IMG/VR virus record: IMGVR_UViG_3300024493_000316
DNA length: 64,000 bases
Source: an uncultured virus (IMG/VR IMGVR_UViG_3300024493_000316)
Lineage: Duplodnaviria > Heunggongvirae > Uroviricota > Caudoviricetes
Direction: 5' to 3' (one strand)
Made by a program: the position numbers and the translations under genes. Below are positions 17,703 to 26,727 of this stretch, piece after piece; positions within the stretch are counted from its first letter, which is position 1; each line of letters opens with the position of its first letter. Under the pieces are notes generated by a model that was given only the letters and a program-made list of their open reading frames with translations, did not search any database and was not told where the DNA came from.

Positions 17703-19262
17703 TTATACCTTGGTGTATTCGACCCACACTTGATACGGCCCGCTCCTAGTGGCGGAGGTATCACTCGTTACCATGTTAAGATTGTTGGTCGCACCTATAT
17801 ATATACAAGAATTGTGCTTATATGTGTTGGCACCGCTGGAATCATCATAGAAGCCGTTGACCGAGAACCTATTTGTCCCATCTGACCAATAGCCGCCACA
17901 CGCTACAATGCTACTTATGCCCGAATTTATCAAAGGCGTTTGGACGAGAGCGCCTGCCGTCCCTGTGATATTGCCCGAAAACGCCCGCCTGTAAATCGGC
18001 TTGCCGTCTACCCAAGTTTTGCCCGTGTATCGTTCAGTCGTTGAATAACTAACATCGGGTGAATTAAGAACCCAGCCCAGCGTTTCCCAACCGTCACCTG
18101 CGATATTTGTAGTAATGGTCCAAGTTCCCCGTTGGTATGGTGAACCACCTGTTGACCCATAACGAACTGTCACAAGCGAATATATGCCAATTCGTGTGAC
18201 GGTCACTATCGCAGACGAACCTGTATTATAAGGTGTCCAATCGGTCAAAGTAGCATAGGTCGCAGGTGCAACTATGAAACTTACACTTTGTCCGTTTGAA
18301 AGCGTGGGAAAAATTGCGAGAACAGCTTGCAATAGGGTTGTAAACCCATGTCCTTCGAAGTCGTATATGCCGAGTGTATTATCTGCGGTGTCGGCTTTCG
18401 TGCCTTGTGCGATGCTTGCGTACTCACTCGGCAGTTTGCCGCCCAGCTTCGCGCTGTCGGCGGCTTGTGCGGTCGCGTCCAGCTTGCCGTTTATCTTTGC
18501 CAGAAGCGCGGTCGCAAGCTCGGTTTCCGTTATCGTTCCGGCTTTCAAGGTCGCGTTGATGACATTCCCCGCTCCGATTGACACCTGTATGTGGGTGCCG
18601 TTAGAGCCGTTATAGACATCTATGAGGTCGGCTACCGACACGCGGATTTCGCTGTCGTCCTCTTTGGTGAGGATTATTTCCTTTGTGTCGGGGTCATAAT
18701 CGAGGTCTTTGGCGAGGGATTCGAGCGGCAGGTCAACTTCCAGCGTCGAGCCGTCGTGCGCCGTGAAAGTTAGGACGAAGCTCTCATCGTCCCACTCCGG
18801 CAGCCCCACAAGGTTGTCGAGTATCGCCAGAATGCTTGGGTGCGCTTCCTCGTCCGCGTTATGCTCCTCGAAAGCCTCCTCGACTGCCGTGCGCGGGGTG
18901 TATTCCTCGTCGTTTTCAAGGTCGCTGACTTTGGTAGGCAGGTCGGCTTTGAGGGCGAGCAAGTCCTTGTCCGCATTATACTGCGGGTCGGTTTCACCCT
19001 GCAATGCGGTATCGGCTTTTGCCTTGATAGCCGCTATAATCCGCAGGAGAGGAAGCTCCTCGTAGGTCAACTCCATGAAAGTCCGCACGCCGTCGCCTAT
19101 CTTTGTCAAGCGTGTTCCGGCGGGCAGGACGATACCGCCCACCTCCGTGTCCGCGTCCAGCTCCTCGTAGCACTTCAACCCCTGCTTGATTACATCAACG
19201 GAATCCGTCCAGTATGCGGTGGTGTGGATATTCCTGCGGTTTCTTATGTTTCTCACTGTCAT
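17703..19262 (-). CDS. Tail fibre protein
   Basis: Mtd/hyaluronidase-like N-terminal KIGDG; HNAD..AH; ADSAKLGGK; C-terminal YSTTE..TGKTWVDGKPIYRR...VEYTK. Confidence 0.8.
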   Translation of the reverse strand: MTVRNIRNRRNIHTTAYWTDSVDVIKQGLKCYEELDADTEVGGIVLPAGTRLTKIGDGVRTFMELTYEELPLLRIIAAIKAKADTALQGETDPQYNADKDLLALKADLPTKVSDLENDEEYTPRTAVEEAFEEHNADEEAHPSILAILDNLVGLPEWDDESFVLTFTAHDGSTLEVDLPLESLAKDLDYDPDTKEIILTKEDDSEIRVSVADLIDVYNGSNGTHIQVSIGAGNVINATLKAGTITETELATALLAKINGKLDATAQAADSAKLGGKLPSEYASIAQGTKADTADNTLGIYDFEGHGFTTLLQAVLAIFPTLSNGQSVSFIVAPATYATLTDWTPYNTGSSAIVTVTRIGIYSLVTVRYGSTGGSPYQRGTWTITTNIAGDGWETLGWVLNSPDVSYSTTERYTGKTWVDGKPIYRRAFSGNITGTAGALVQTPLINSGISSIVACGGYWSDGTNRFSVNGFYDDSSGANTYKHNSCIYIGATNNLNMVTSDTSATRSGPYQVWVEYTKV

Positions 19263-19266
19263 TTTT

Positions 19267-20763
19267 TTATCCTAGGTTGTCGGTTTCTGTTTCGGCGGTG
19301 TCGTAGTCAATGTCATCGGTTTCGGTTTCCTGCAAATCAAGCTCTATGTCATCATGTTCCACCTCGCTCACATCATCGGGATAGATAACGGTCTGCGTGC
19401 CTGCGGCCATAAGCTCCCAGTTGTCGGGGTCGGTATAATCCCGCCCTACCAGCTGATAGCTATCCCATGAACGCGGCGCGGTCTTGAAAGTTATGCATAG
19501 CCCCTCGAACACATCATCGGGGTCGAGCAGAGCGATAGCGTCAACGAGTTCGAGATCTCCCGATCTCGGATTGTCATGGCTGACATTTATCCACGGCTTC
19601 GTCTGGGGTGCCGGTGGCTCGACCGAGCCGCCGCCGGAGCCGCCGATAGGCTGCCATATCCGCGTATTCACGACCGGAGTAAAGTTCTCTTGGCTGTTGC
19701 GGCGGGTGCAAGACCAAATCCCCCAGCTGCCCTCATAGAGCTTGCAAACCTCATCGCCTTTGGTATACTGCTTTGACACCCACCCCTCATCGTAGGGGAG
19801 CCAGTTCTGGCCGCCTGCGGTGTCATCGGACAGGGTTGCGCCGTCCGAAGTGTGCGCCCGATAGCAGATGAACGCCGAGCCGGTTTCGGGGTCGGCCACA
19901 ATGTCGTTTGGCTCATAGTCCGTGCCGTCCGCGTAGGCCTCTATCGCTTGGACGAGCCGCCAGTATTGAATGTCGAGGAACTCCGAGAAGTCGGGCATTT
20001 CCCCTGCGGGCAGCTTCGGAACTACCAGCCGGTAGAGCCTTGCGTCCACGACAACGGGGTCGAACATGGTAAAGCTCTTGTCGGGATCGAAGTCCGGCAG
20101 TTTTCCTTTGCCCGCGCCGCCGACCGCCACAAGCTCGCCAAGGGCGTTGAATACTATGCTCGTGCCGTCAACCTTTGCGGAAATCTTCCCGCCGTCAACG
20201 CTTATGCCTTCTCCGCCCTCATAAATCCGCCCCTCTCCGGCCAGCGTGCCGATATAGGCAACCCGCACCGTGCTATCGCCGAGAGATACTATCTGGCCGA
20301 CATACCATAGGCTTTCGGGGTTTAGGGAAATGATGAGGTCGTTGTTCTGCAACCCGCGCTGATAGGGATTGCCTATCGTGTTGCGGGGTAAATCCGTTTG
20401 CTCCTCTTTATCTATCTCGGCGGAGGAGGTATAGATCGAGTAGCCGTCCTCGCCGCTCTCGCCCTTGTCGCCCATAATCATGGCGATCGCGCCTTGCCAC
20501 TCTCCCTCGATGTAGGCAAACAGGTCGCCAGCAACTATGCAAAAAGGCATATAATCCGGCGAGGTCGGGTCGAGCCGGTCGGGGTGTTCCTCAAAGAAAG
20601 CGTCCCTCTCGGCCTCGGTTGCGAACTTCTGGTCGTCCGGCACAAAGTTGCCCCGCCCCAGCGCCGTGCCTTGCCACATAAGCGGACGCTCCGGGTCAAA
20701 GTTCTTGACTATCAGATACCGATGATTGTGGTGCTGGGAGATTTCGATTTCGTTGTATTTCAT
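19267..20763 (-). CDS. Tail-associated protein with collagen-like stretch and carbohydrate-binding-like repeats
   Basis: GDKGESGEDG; repeated Y..ND.V...F.C..AHTS...W modules. Confidence 0.6.
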   Translation of the reverse strand: MKYNEIEISQHHNHRYLIVKNFDPERPLMWQGTALGRGNFVPDDQKFATEAERDAFFEEHPDRLDPTSPDYMPFCIVAGDLFAYIEGEWQGAIAMIMGDKGESGEDGYSIYTSSAEIDKEEQTDLPRNTIGNPYQRGLQNNDLIISLNPESLWYVGQIVSLGDSTVRVAYIGTLAGEGRIYEGGEGISVDGGKISAKVDGTSIVFNALGELVAVGGAGKGKLPDFDPDKSFTMFDPVVVDARLYRLVVPKLPAGEMPDFSEFLDIQYWRLVQAIEAYADGTDYEPNDIVADPETGSAFICYRAHTSDGATLSDDTAGGQNWLPYDEGWVSKQYTKGDEVCKLYEGSWGIWSCTRRNSQENFTPVVNTRIWQPIGGSGGGSVEPPAPQTKPWINVSHDNPRSGDLELVDAIALLDPDDVFEGLCITFKTAPRSWDSYQLVGRDYTDPDNWELMAAGTQTVIYPDDVSEVEHDDIELDLQETETDDIDYDTAETETDNLG

Positions 20764-22586
20764 GTCACCAAGCTCCCCGGCACTTTAATCCAGCGCCCGC
20801 TCATGTGGTCGAGGTTTCCAAGAGAATACATCTCGGTCGCCGGATCGGTTATCCGGCCATAGCTCGACAAGTTCGCGGCCTCCGTTATCCGGCCATAGCT
20901 CTTGTCGTTCGAGCGGTCGCGCGGCAGGCAGAAGTAGGTCGAGAAGTCGTATGAGTTCGTGATTGTGATTGTGTCGTAGGGCGCGGGAAACCCTTGCGAT
21001 TCCGCAAAGTCCTCCAACTGCGCCGCCGTGAGCGTGGCTGTGCCGAAAGCATTGTAGAGCCGTCTTATGCTCCCGCCGCCGCCCGCGCCATAGACAGCAG
21101 ATATTACTGGCAGGAGCGGGTTTGTATAGTCAATCTTTATGCCCGTTCCGGCAACAAGCCGCCTTTGCAGGGTAGCGACAACGCTATCAAGCTCTTTTAG
21201 CGTGATTACCGCAGAGTATTCACCCCAGCCCGGACGCTTGATTGAAACATCGCCGTCGGCAACGGCAAATTCTACCACGCCTTGCGCGCTGATGTGCCGA
21301 AGCATATGTCCGTAAAGCTGGGAAGCCTCGTCCAGCAGTCCTATGACATAGGAATATGAGCCGACTACTTCTCCCTCTTCGTCATACTCGTTATGGGCGA
21401 TCGTGAGGGAACTGGGGTTGTTTGATACGATAGTTTCCTTGCGCGGCGCGGCCTCGTCATCGACAACGCGCTTCAGCACGAATTGCGATGTCCGCTCGTT
21501 CACAAAGTCCTTGATTTTTCTTAGCGAGAGCGCGGGGGCGAGGTTTAGCCCGCCGAGCTTCTGAACCGAGCCGTTGACAATATCGCACAGCGGCGCCAAG
21601 GCTATGCCAGTCCAGTCGTCATCGGTAAAATACCTGTATGTGTTGTTGGCAAGGTCAGCCCATAGTCCACCCTCGGACGGGGATATTTCGGAGATGTCGT
21701 TCAGCTCGGAGTAAATCAGCGTATGATCGACCGCGAGTAGGTTGTTGTTGATGTCAACGAAAATCCTATAACTCTTTTCCTCGTCGTAGTCCGGAATCTC
21801 GAACTCGGCGGGCGGGAGTATCTGCTTGATGTTCGCCGCGCGGCCAACGGTATCAAGGCCGTTCGTAATCATTAGGTTTATGTTGGCGACGGTCGTAAGC
21901 GTTCCGTCCTCGAAAGAGAACGGATCCTCTTGCGCGGTGTCGATTATACCACCGAGGAGCAGCTTTGGCTCGATGAAATCGCGCTTATCCAGCTCGCCCT
22001 GCACCCATTCGGTATTCGCGGCAAGGTCGGAGCGATCGCCGGATAGCGGGGTTTCGGATATGTGCGGCGTCTTGAAAGTGGGGTTTTCCTGGTTCTGCTG
22101 GACGAGGACATACGGCGACCATCCGCCGTCGTAGGCCAGCCGAAACCACACTTTATCGTTCTGGTTCTGCGGCGAGAACACCTTTTGATAGACGAGGTTT
22201 TCCTCCTCGACCGCCACGACCTCCACGACCCAAGTTATCGGTATTGCGACAACCGCCGGCTGGTTCTTATCTATGCTTGAGCCGATTTTTACGAAATACC
22301 GCCCCGTGGTGGTTATGTCATTGAGGTCGGTATCGTCCTCTTTTTGATAGCTTTCATACTTGTGGTCGATTATCTCTTGGCCTGCTTCCGACAGGTTCGA
22401 TAGGTCGGTGTTCGCCATGCCGTTCTGCGCGAGCCAAGAGCGGAAAGTCAAAATGTCGGTCTGATATGTCCGGCGCTTATGCGACGATCCCGCCTGCGTG
22501 TCGAGCGGAATGACGAGGTTCAAAAGCTCGTCAATCTGATCTGGCGTGAGCAGCGCAGATAAATCTCTAATGCGTAATTCAGCCAT
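20760..22586 (-). CDS. Tail fibre protein (module 2)
   Basis: NTDLSNLS, DLNDITTTGRYF...W.R...WS.Y knob-like motif, ANTEWV; follows wedge paralog. Confidence 0.75.
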   Translation of the reverse strand: MAELRIRDLSALLTPDQIDELLNLVIPLDTQAGSSHKRRTYQTDILTFRSWLAQNGMANTDLSNLSEAGQEIIDHKYESYQKEDDTDLNDITTTGRYFVKIGSSIDKNQPAVVAIPITWVVEVVAVEEENLVYQKVFSPQNQNDKVWFRLAYDGGWSPYVLVQQNQENPTFKTPHISETPLSGDRSDLAANTEWVQGELDKRDFIEPKLLLGGIIDTAQEDPFSFEDGTLTTVANINLMITNGLDTVGRAANIKQILPPAEFEIPDYDEEKSYRIFVDINNNLLAVDHTLIYSELNDISEISPSEGGLWADLANNTYRYFTDDDWTGIALAPLCDIVNGSVQKLGGLNLAPALSLRKIKDFVNERTSQFVLKRVVDDEAAPRKETIVSNNPSSLTIAHNEYDEEGEVVGSYSYVIGLLDEASQLYGHMLRHISAQGVVEFAVADGDVSIKRPGWGEYSAVITLKELDSVVATLQRRLVAGTGIKIDYTNPLLPVISAVYGAGGGGSIRRLYNAFGTATLTAAQLEDFAESQGFPAPYDTITITNSYDFSTYFCLPRDRSNDKSYGRITEAANLSSYGRITDPATEMYSLGNLDHMSGRWIKVPGSLVT

Positions 22587-23138
22587 TTATTCCTCTATTG
22601 TCATTGCTACATAGCACCCTTGAAATACTATGCGGTTAAAAATCCATCTTAGTTGCTCGCGCGTGAGCCGCACACGGCTATCGTCGAACACTATCCGGTC
22701 AGAGCTATACTCCCCGTCGCCAAGGACATAGTTCCTCTGGTCGGGCTGTTTTGGATTGTCGGTGTTCCTTTCAACGAACCAGTAATACGCATTTGTTCCT
22801 ATAATCCTTATGTAGATGTGGAGCGCGTCGGGCGCGGTGTAGGTAAATTTGACCTCGCTCTCGCCGAGCAGCTCCTGTATCAGATCGTAGATGAGATCGA
22901 TTGACTGCAGGTTCTCGTTAAGAGCCTCGAACAGGTAGAAAACATCTTTGTAGGTTCCCCAGTCAAGAAACGACGCCAGCGGGTCTAGCCTGTTCGACCA
23001 TAGGATTTTACCCAAATCAGCCGATCGGTAGGCATTCTCGAACCACTCGTCTATGTTGTCGTTCAGTCCGTCAACGAGAGCCTTTCCGATGTTGAAAAAC
23101 TTGACCTCATCGGGGTCATTGTTAAACATCTGCACCAT
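22587..23138 (-). CDS. Baseplate wedge / fibre-attachment protein, paralog 2
   Basis: N-terminus clearly paralogous to 26186-26725. Confidence 0.6.
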   Translation of the reverse strand: MVQMFNNDPDEVKFFNIGKALVDGLNDNIDEWFENAYRSADLGKILWSNRLDPLASFLDWGTYKDVFYLFEALNENLQSIDLIYDLIQELLGESEVKFTYTAPDALHIYIRIIGTNAYYWFVERNTDNPKQPDQRNYVLGDGEYSSDRIVFDDSRVRLTREQLRWIFNRIVFQGCYVAMTIEE

Positions 23139-23147
23139 GACAGGCTC

Positions 23148-23963
23148 CTATAGTCGGACGGGGCATTTACGGGTTCCGTCCCCCTTTTTAATAGCTTCGA
23201 GGTCGTCCTCAAATATGTTCCCCAGCCGGCACGATTTTCCGAACCACGAGCAGAATCCCTGCAGGTCGCCATTCGGCTGCACGTCGAAGCCTATGCGGAA
23301 GCACGGCTTGTCGTAGCATTGCGTCATGTCGAACAGCTCCTCTTTCGGTAGGCTGGCCGCCGCGCCTATCGGCACGACAATCAAGTTCGGGATATACTGG
23401 ACGCGCTCCGCGCCGTAGATCTCGACCAGCCGCGCGAGGATAGGGTTCGTATTCAAGTTTTTCGGGTTGGTTTCTTGATTGTAGGTGTAGGCGGTCAAGA
23501 AGCCCGTCAGCGTGTCCTTATACCGCTCCTGTCGGTCGATGAGGTGCAGTATCGTTTCGAGCTTGACGTGTTCTTGGTGGTATTTATCGATTGAGATCGT
23601 TATCAGCGCGGGCTTGATTTTGTCGTAGAGGTAGTCGATTTTCGCGTCATCGTCGCCAAAAAAGCCAGAGGTGGCAATGCAGGTGTAAAGGCCGCGCGCT
23701 TTCGCCTCGTCCACATACTTTTTCAAGGTCTGCGGGTGCGCCATAGGCTCGCCGCCGTGAAAGTCCACTTTCCAGTCGCGCGGGAGGCGATCGAGTATCT
23801 TGCAAAACTGCTCGAACGGAAATTGCCGCTTGTCCTTTTGCCCCGCGTAGTAGCAATGCCGGCACTTGAGTGGGCAGTCGCTCGTTATCGAAAACGAGGC
23901 TACCTTGCGCGCGTAGGTGTAGGTGGAAAGGATATGTTTTGCGTCTTCTGGTCGTCCAAGCAT
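23148..23963 (-). CDS. Radical SAM protein with SPASM/twitch-like C-terminus
   Basis: CPLKCRHC, GGEP, ISID, C-terminal C...PNGDL..C...LGNI. Confidence 0.85.
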   Translation of the reverse strand: MLGRPEDAKHILSTYTYARKVASFSITSDCPLKCRHCYYAGQKDKRQFPFEQFCKILDRLPRDWKVDFHGGEPMAHPQTLKKYVDEAKARGLYTCIATSGFFGDDDAKIDYLYDKIKPALITISIDKYHQEHVKLETILHLIDRQERYKDTLTGFLTAYTYNQETNPKNLNTNPILARLVEIYGAERVQYIPNLIVVPIGAAASLPKEELFDMTQCYDKPCFRIGFDVQPNGDLQGFCSWFGKSCRLGNIFEDDLEAIKKGDGTRKCPVRL

Positions 23964-23966
23964 TTT

Positions 23967-24821
23967 TTACCCCAAGTAGATGTCCTCAAAAGTTAGTCTT
24001 ATGCGACCGGCGGTGCCTGCGTTCACATTCCCGTTCGAGCGGGTTTCGGCGTAAACCGTTCCGTATCTGGTCGCGCCGGCGTAGGCATACCCGCCGCCGC
24101 CGACCCCATAGTTATCAAACCTGCCGGAGTTGGAGCTTGGCATGGAGGTGGAAACATTGTCGCCGCTATCCCTGCTTGATGTTTGCCCGCTCACGCCGAC
24201 CAAGTTTTGGCTGGGCGCGGTAAAGTCGAACTTGAAAAGCCCCTCCCTGTCTGGACTTATCACGGCCACGCCGCCGCCGTTCGTGCCGTTGCCGCCTCTT
24301 ATCCGAACAAGGTCAACGATATTGCCGTCCTGCCCGCGCCGCCCCTGCAGTATCATGTCGCCGCCGGAGTTGGAGCCGCGAGAGTCGCTCGTTTCGGTGT
24401 TGAACCCTACGCCGCCCCTGCCGCTTTTCGACCAGTCGCCGGCGCCGCCAGGCGATCCTCCAACAACCCGAAAATAGTTCTTTTGTCCTAGGTTATCGTA
24501 TGGGTATAGGATTATTGACCCCTGTAGATACGCTCCGGTGCCGCCCTGCGTCACGCGCGCGGTATCGTGTTCCGAATACATTATGAAAGGAAGCCAGTTG
24601 AAGCCCCACTCCATATAGGCGTGGCTGCGCGAAGTGGCAAAGCCGGACGATCCAGCTCCGATACCCCTCAAAAAGCAGATGATAGGGTAGTCGTTGGCTT
24701 GGCCTCGGTTCTCGCATATCACACGCCAGTCAACAGTATTACTCGTTTCGAAAATTACCTCTTGCGTCGCAAACGCCAGCAGTCGGTAGTCGTATTCGTT
24801 CGAAAAAATCGGTAGAGGCAT
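23967..24821 (-). CDS. Glycine-rich tail fibre-associated protein
   Basis: Gly/Ser-rich GGxGG repeats ending AGTAGRIRL; in fibre module. Confidence 0.6.
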   Translation of the reverse strand: MPLPIFSNEYDYRLLAFATQEVIFETSNTVDWRVICENRGQANDYPIICFLRGIGAGSSGFATSRSHAYMEWGFNWLPFIMYSEHDTARVTQGGTGAYLQGSIILYPYDNLGQKNYFRVVGGSPGGAGDWSKSGRGGVGFNTETSDSRGSNSGGDMILQGRRGQDGNIVDLVRIRGGNGTNGGGVAVISPDREGLFKFDFTAPSQNLVGVSGQTSSRDSGDNVSTSMPSSNSGRFDNYGVGGGGYAYAGATRYGTVYAETRSNGNVNAGTAGRIRLTFEDIYLG

Positions 24822-26186
24822 TTACGCCCCCTTTCTCAACAGCCCCACAGACCATACGGACTGTTGCGGTATGAACTCGTAGAGTATGTTGAAATTCCTC
24901 CACGGCTGCACCTCTGGCCGAACAGTCGAGGCCGTGCCGAAGTAGCGTGTGGTGCCATAGTCGTTTATCCGGAATCCGTTAGGATTGCTGACCTGTATAA
25001 GGACTTGGTTCAATTCCGTGCCGTTTTTATACGGGGTTGGGAGCGACAGGTTCACATCGCCGATCAAGGTCATTTTGTAAATCTTGCCCGCGACAAGCCC
25101 GCTTACCGATCCCGACACATTGCCGAGGTCGGTAGTCGAGAAAAACGCCGACTTCGCGTCCTTTATGTCTTGCTCGTTCGCATTCGACCAGTCGCGCTTG
25201 ATAAACTTCCCGTTCGGGCTAAGCTGGTTCGGCGGTATTTTGGTGCCGGCGAGCCATTCCATAAGATTGTCATAGTCAACCTTGTCGAGGTTGCCGAAGT
25301 CATATTCCATGACGCGACCGGAGTTTATGACGAATGTCACGATGTCGAGTATGGCTTGGTCGGTTATGTTTGATAGGTTCTTGCGGAGCAAGCCCTCGTT
25401 GTTCGTGCCGGCGCCGGAGGTAATCTTTGTTATGATGTTGACCTTGCAACCCGTGCCGGAGCCGCCCGTAGGAGTGAGGGGATTATTCAGCGCGGGATCG
25501 GCGGTATATGAGCCGGCGGTTATGGCGTAAATCCTGCGTATATCCCCCGCCGCTCCAACGCTGCCAACTCGGAAAGTTGACTTCGTTCCCACTCCGGGGA
25601 TTGTCAGCTCGTCGCCGATTTTGTAGTCCTGTCCAGCGTCGGCGAGGTTGACCTGCATGACGACATAGGTCGAGGCAGACAAAGACTGCGCCGCGAGCCA
25701 GTTCATTACCGTCTGGCGGTTTATCGTGCTGACATTGCTCCAATCAACGGAGGCAAGCCCTTTCGAGAGCAGATAGGTAACGAGGGCGAACATAGAGGCG
25801 CCGTGCGTGGAAACCTCGTCGTCAACAGGGAATCTATGCGAATCCTGCAACGCTCCCATGACAAGCGGGAGATCCCAGATATGCAATCTGGGCGCTTCCG
25901 GCACTTCCTCGCTCGCAAAGGTCGTGAGGTTCAGCGTCAAGCCTGTGCCGGAGCCGCCCTCCGCCGCCTTGTTATCGCCGCCTATGTTTTCCGTGTATTG
26001 CCCTGCGGTCAAAAGGGCGACCTGCAAAACCTCCCCCGCGCCGCCGACCGAGGTTATTGCGATTGACGCGCGCGCCCCCATGTCGCCGGTTGCCCCAGGG
26101 ATCGAAACTATATCGCCGGACTTATAGCCGCTACCTGCGGCGTTTATCAAGCCGGAGATAAGATAATATGTATTTATAGTCGCCAT
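24822..26186 (-). CDS. Tail fibre protein (module 1) with two GxxY..GD beta-domains
   Basis: TAATG-coupled to wedge gene; repeated DWSN/NLSN motifs; two ~80-aa repeats ending GGSGTG. Confidence 0.7.
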   Translation of the reverse strand: MATINTYYLISGLINAAGSGYKSGDIVSIPGATGDMGARASIAITSVGGAGEVLQVALLTAGQYTENIGGDNKAAEGGSGTGLTLNLTTFASEEVPEAPRLHIWDLPLVMGALQDSHRFPVDDEVSTHGASMFALVTYLLSKGLASVDWSNVSTINRQTVMNWLAAQSLSASTYVVMQVNLADAGQDYKIGDELTIPGVGTKSTFRVGSVGAAGDIRRIYAITAGSYTADPALNNPLTPTGGSGTGCKVNIITKITSGAGTNNEGLLRKNLSNITDQAILDIVTFVINSGRVMEYDFGNLDKVDYDNLMEWLAGTKIPPNQLSPNGKFIKRDWSNANEQDIKDAKSAFFSTTDLGNVSGSVSGLVAGKIYKMTLIGDVNLSLPTPYKNGTELNQVLIQVSNPNGFRINDYGTTRYFGTASTVRPEVQPWRNFNILYEFIPQQSVWSVGLLRKGA

Positions 26187-26725
26187 TATTCGCTCACATA
26201 GGTTGAAAAGATGTAGCACCCGTGATAGGTGGTTTTCCGTAAAAGTTTCAGCAGGCCGTTTATCGACAGCAGATCCTCGATGAACCTACGAAAGAGGATT
26301 TTCCGCGAGCGGAGGCCTATTTTTCCGTGCATTTGCCGCGCCTCCTCATAATCGGGCTGCGCGCGCCAGTAGGCCTCTTGGGTGTTTCCTTCGCCCACGA
26401 TAATCTGGACGTTGACCGCGCAGACCCCCGTGTAGATAATCCTCACAGGCAGGGCGTAGAGCATGGCTACGAGGTTCAGTATCCCGTCAACGCCCCATTC
26501 CTCAAGGTATTCCTCTATGAAGCCGTAGGAGGCCAAGAACAGGTTGCGGTTCAGAAGCTCCTGGTTCTCAAACAGGTTGTTGTCGAACAGGATACGCCCT
26601 AGGTCAACGGAGTGGTAGGCATTCGAGAACCAGTCGTTGATGTCGGCGTTCATACCCTCGACCAACTTCGCCCCGATGTTGTAGAACTTGAGTTCGTCCT
26701 CCGATCCATCGAAAAGCTGTGCCAT
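26186..26725 (-). CDS. Baseplate wedge / fibre-attachment protein, paralog 1
   Basis: Position after baseplate J-like gene; paralog at 22587-23138. Confidence 0.6.
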   Translation of the reverse strand: MAQLFDGSEDELKFYNIGAKLVEGMNADINDWFSNAYHSVDLGRILFDNNLFENQELLNRNLFLASYGFIEEYLEEWGVDGILNLVAMLYALPVRIIYTGVCAVNVQIIVGEGNTQEAYWRAQPDYEEARQMHGKIGLRSRKILFRRFIEDLLSINGLLKLLRKTTYHGCYIFSTYVSE

Positions 26726-26727
26726 AG

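Noticed and set aside
20848..20901. 18-bp direct repeat in fibre 2
   Set aside because: Short in-frame SYGRIT peptide duplication with no further structure.
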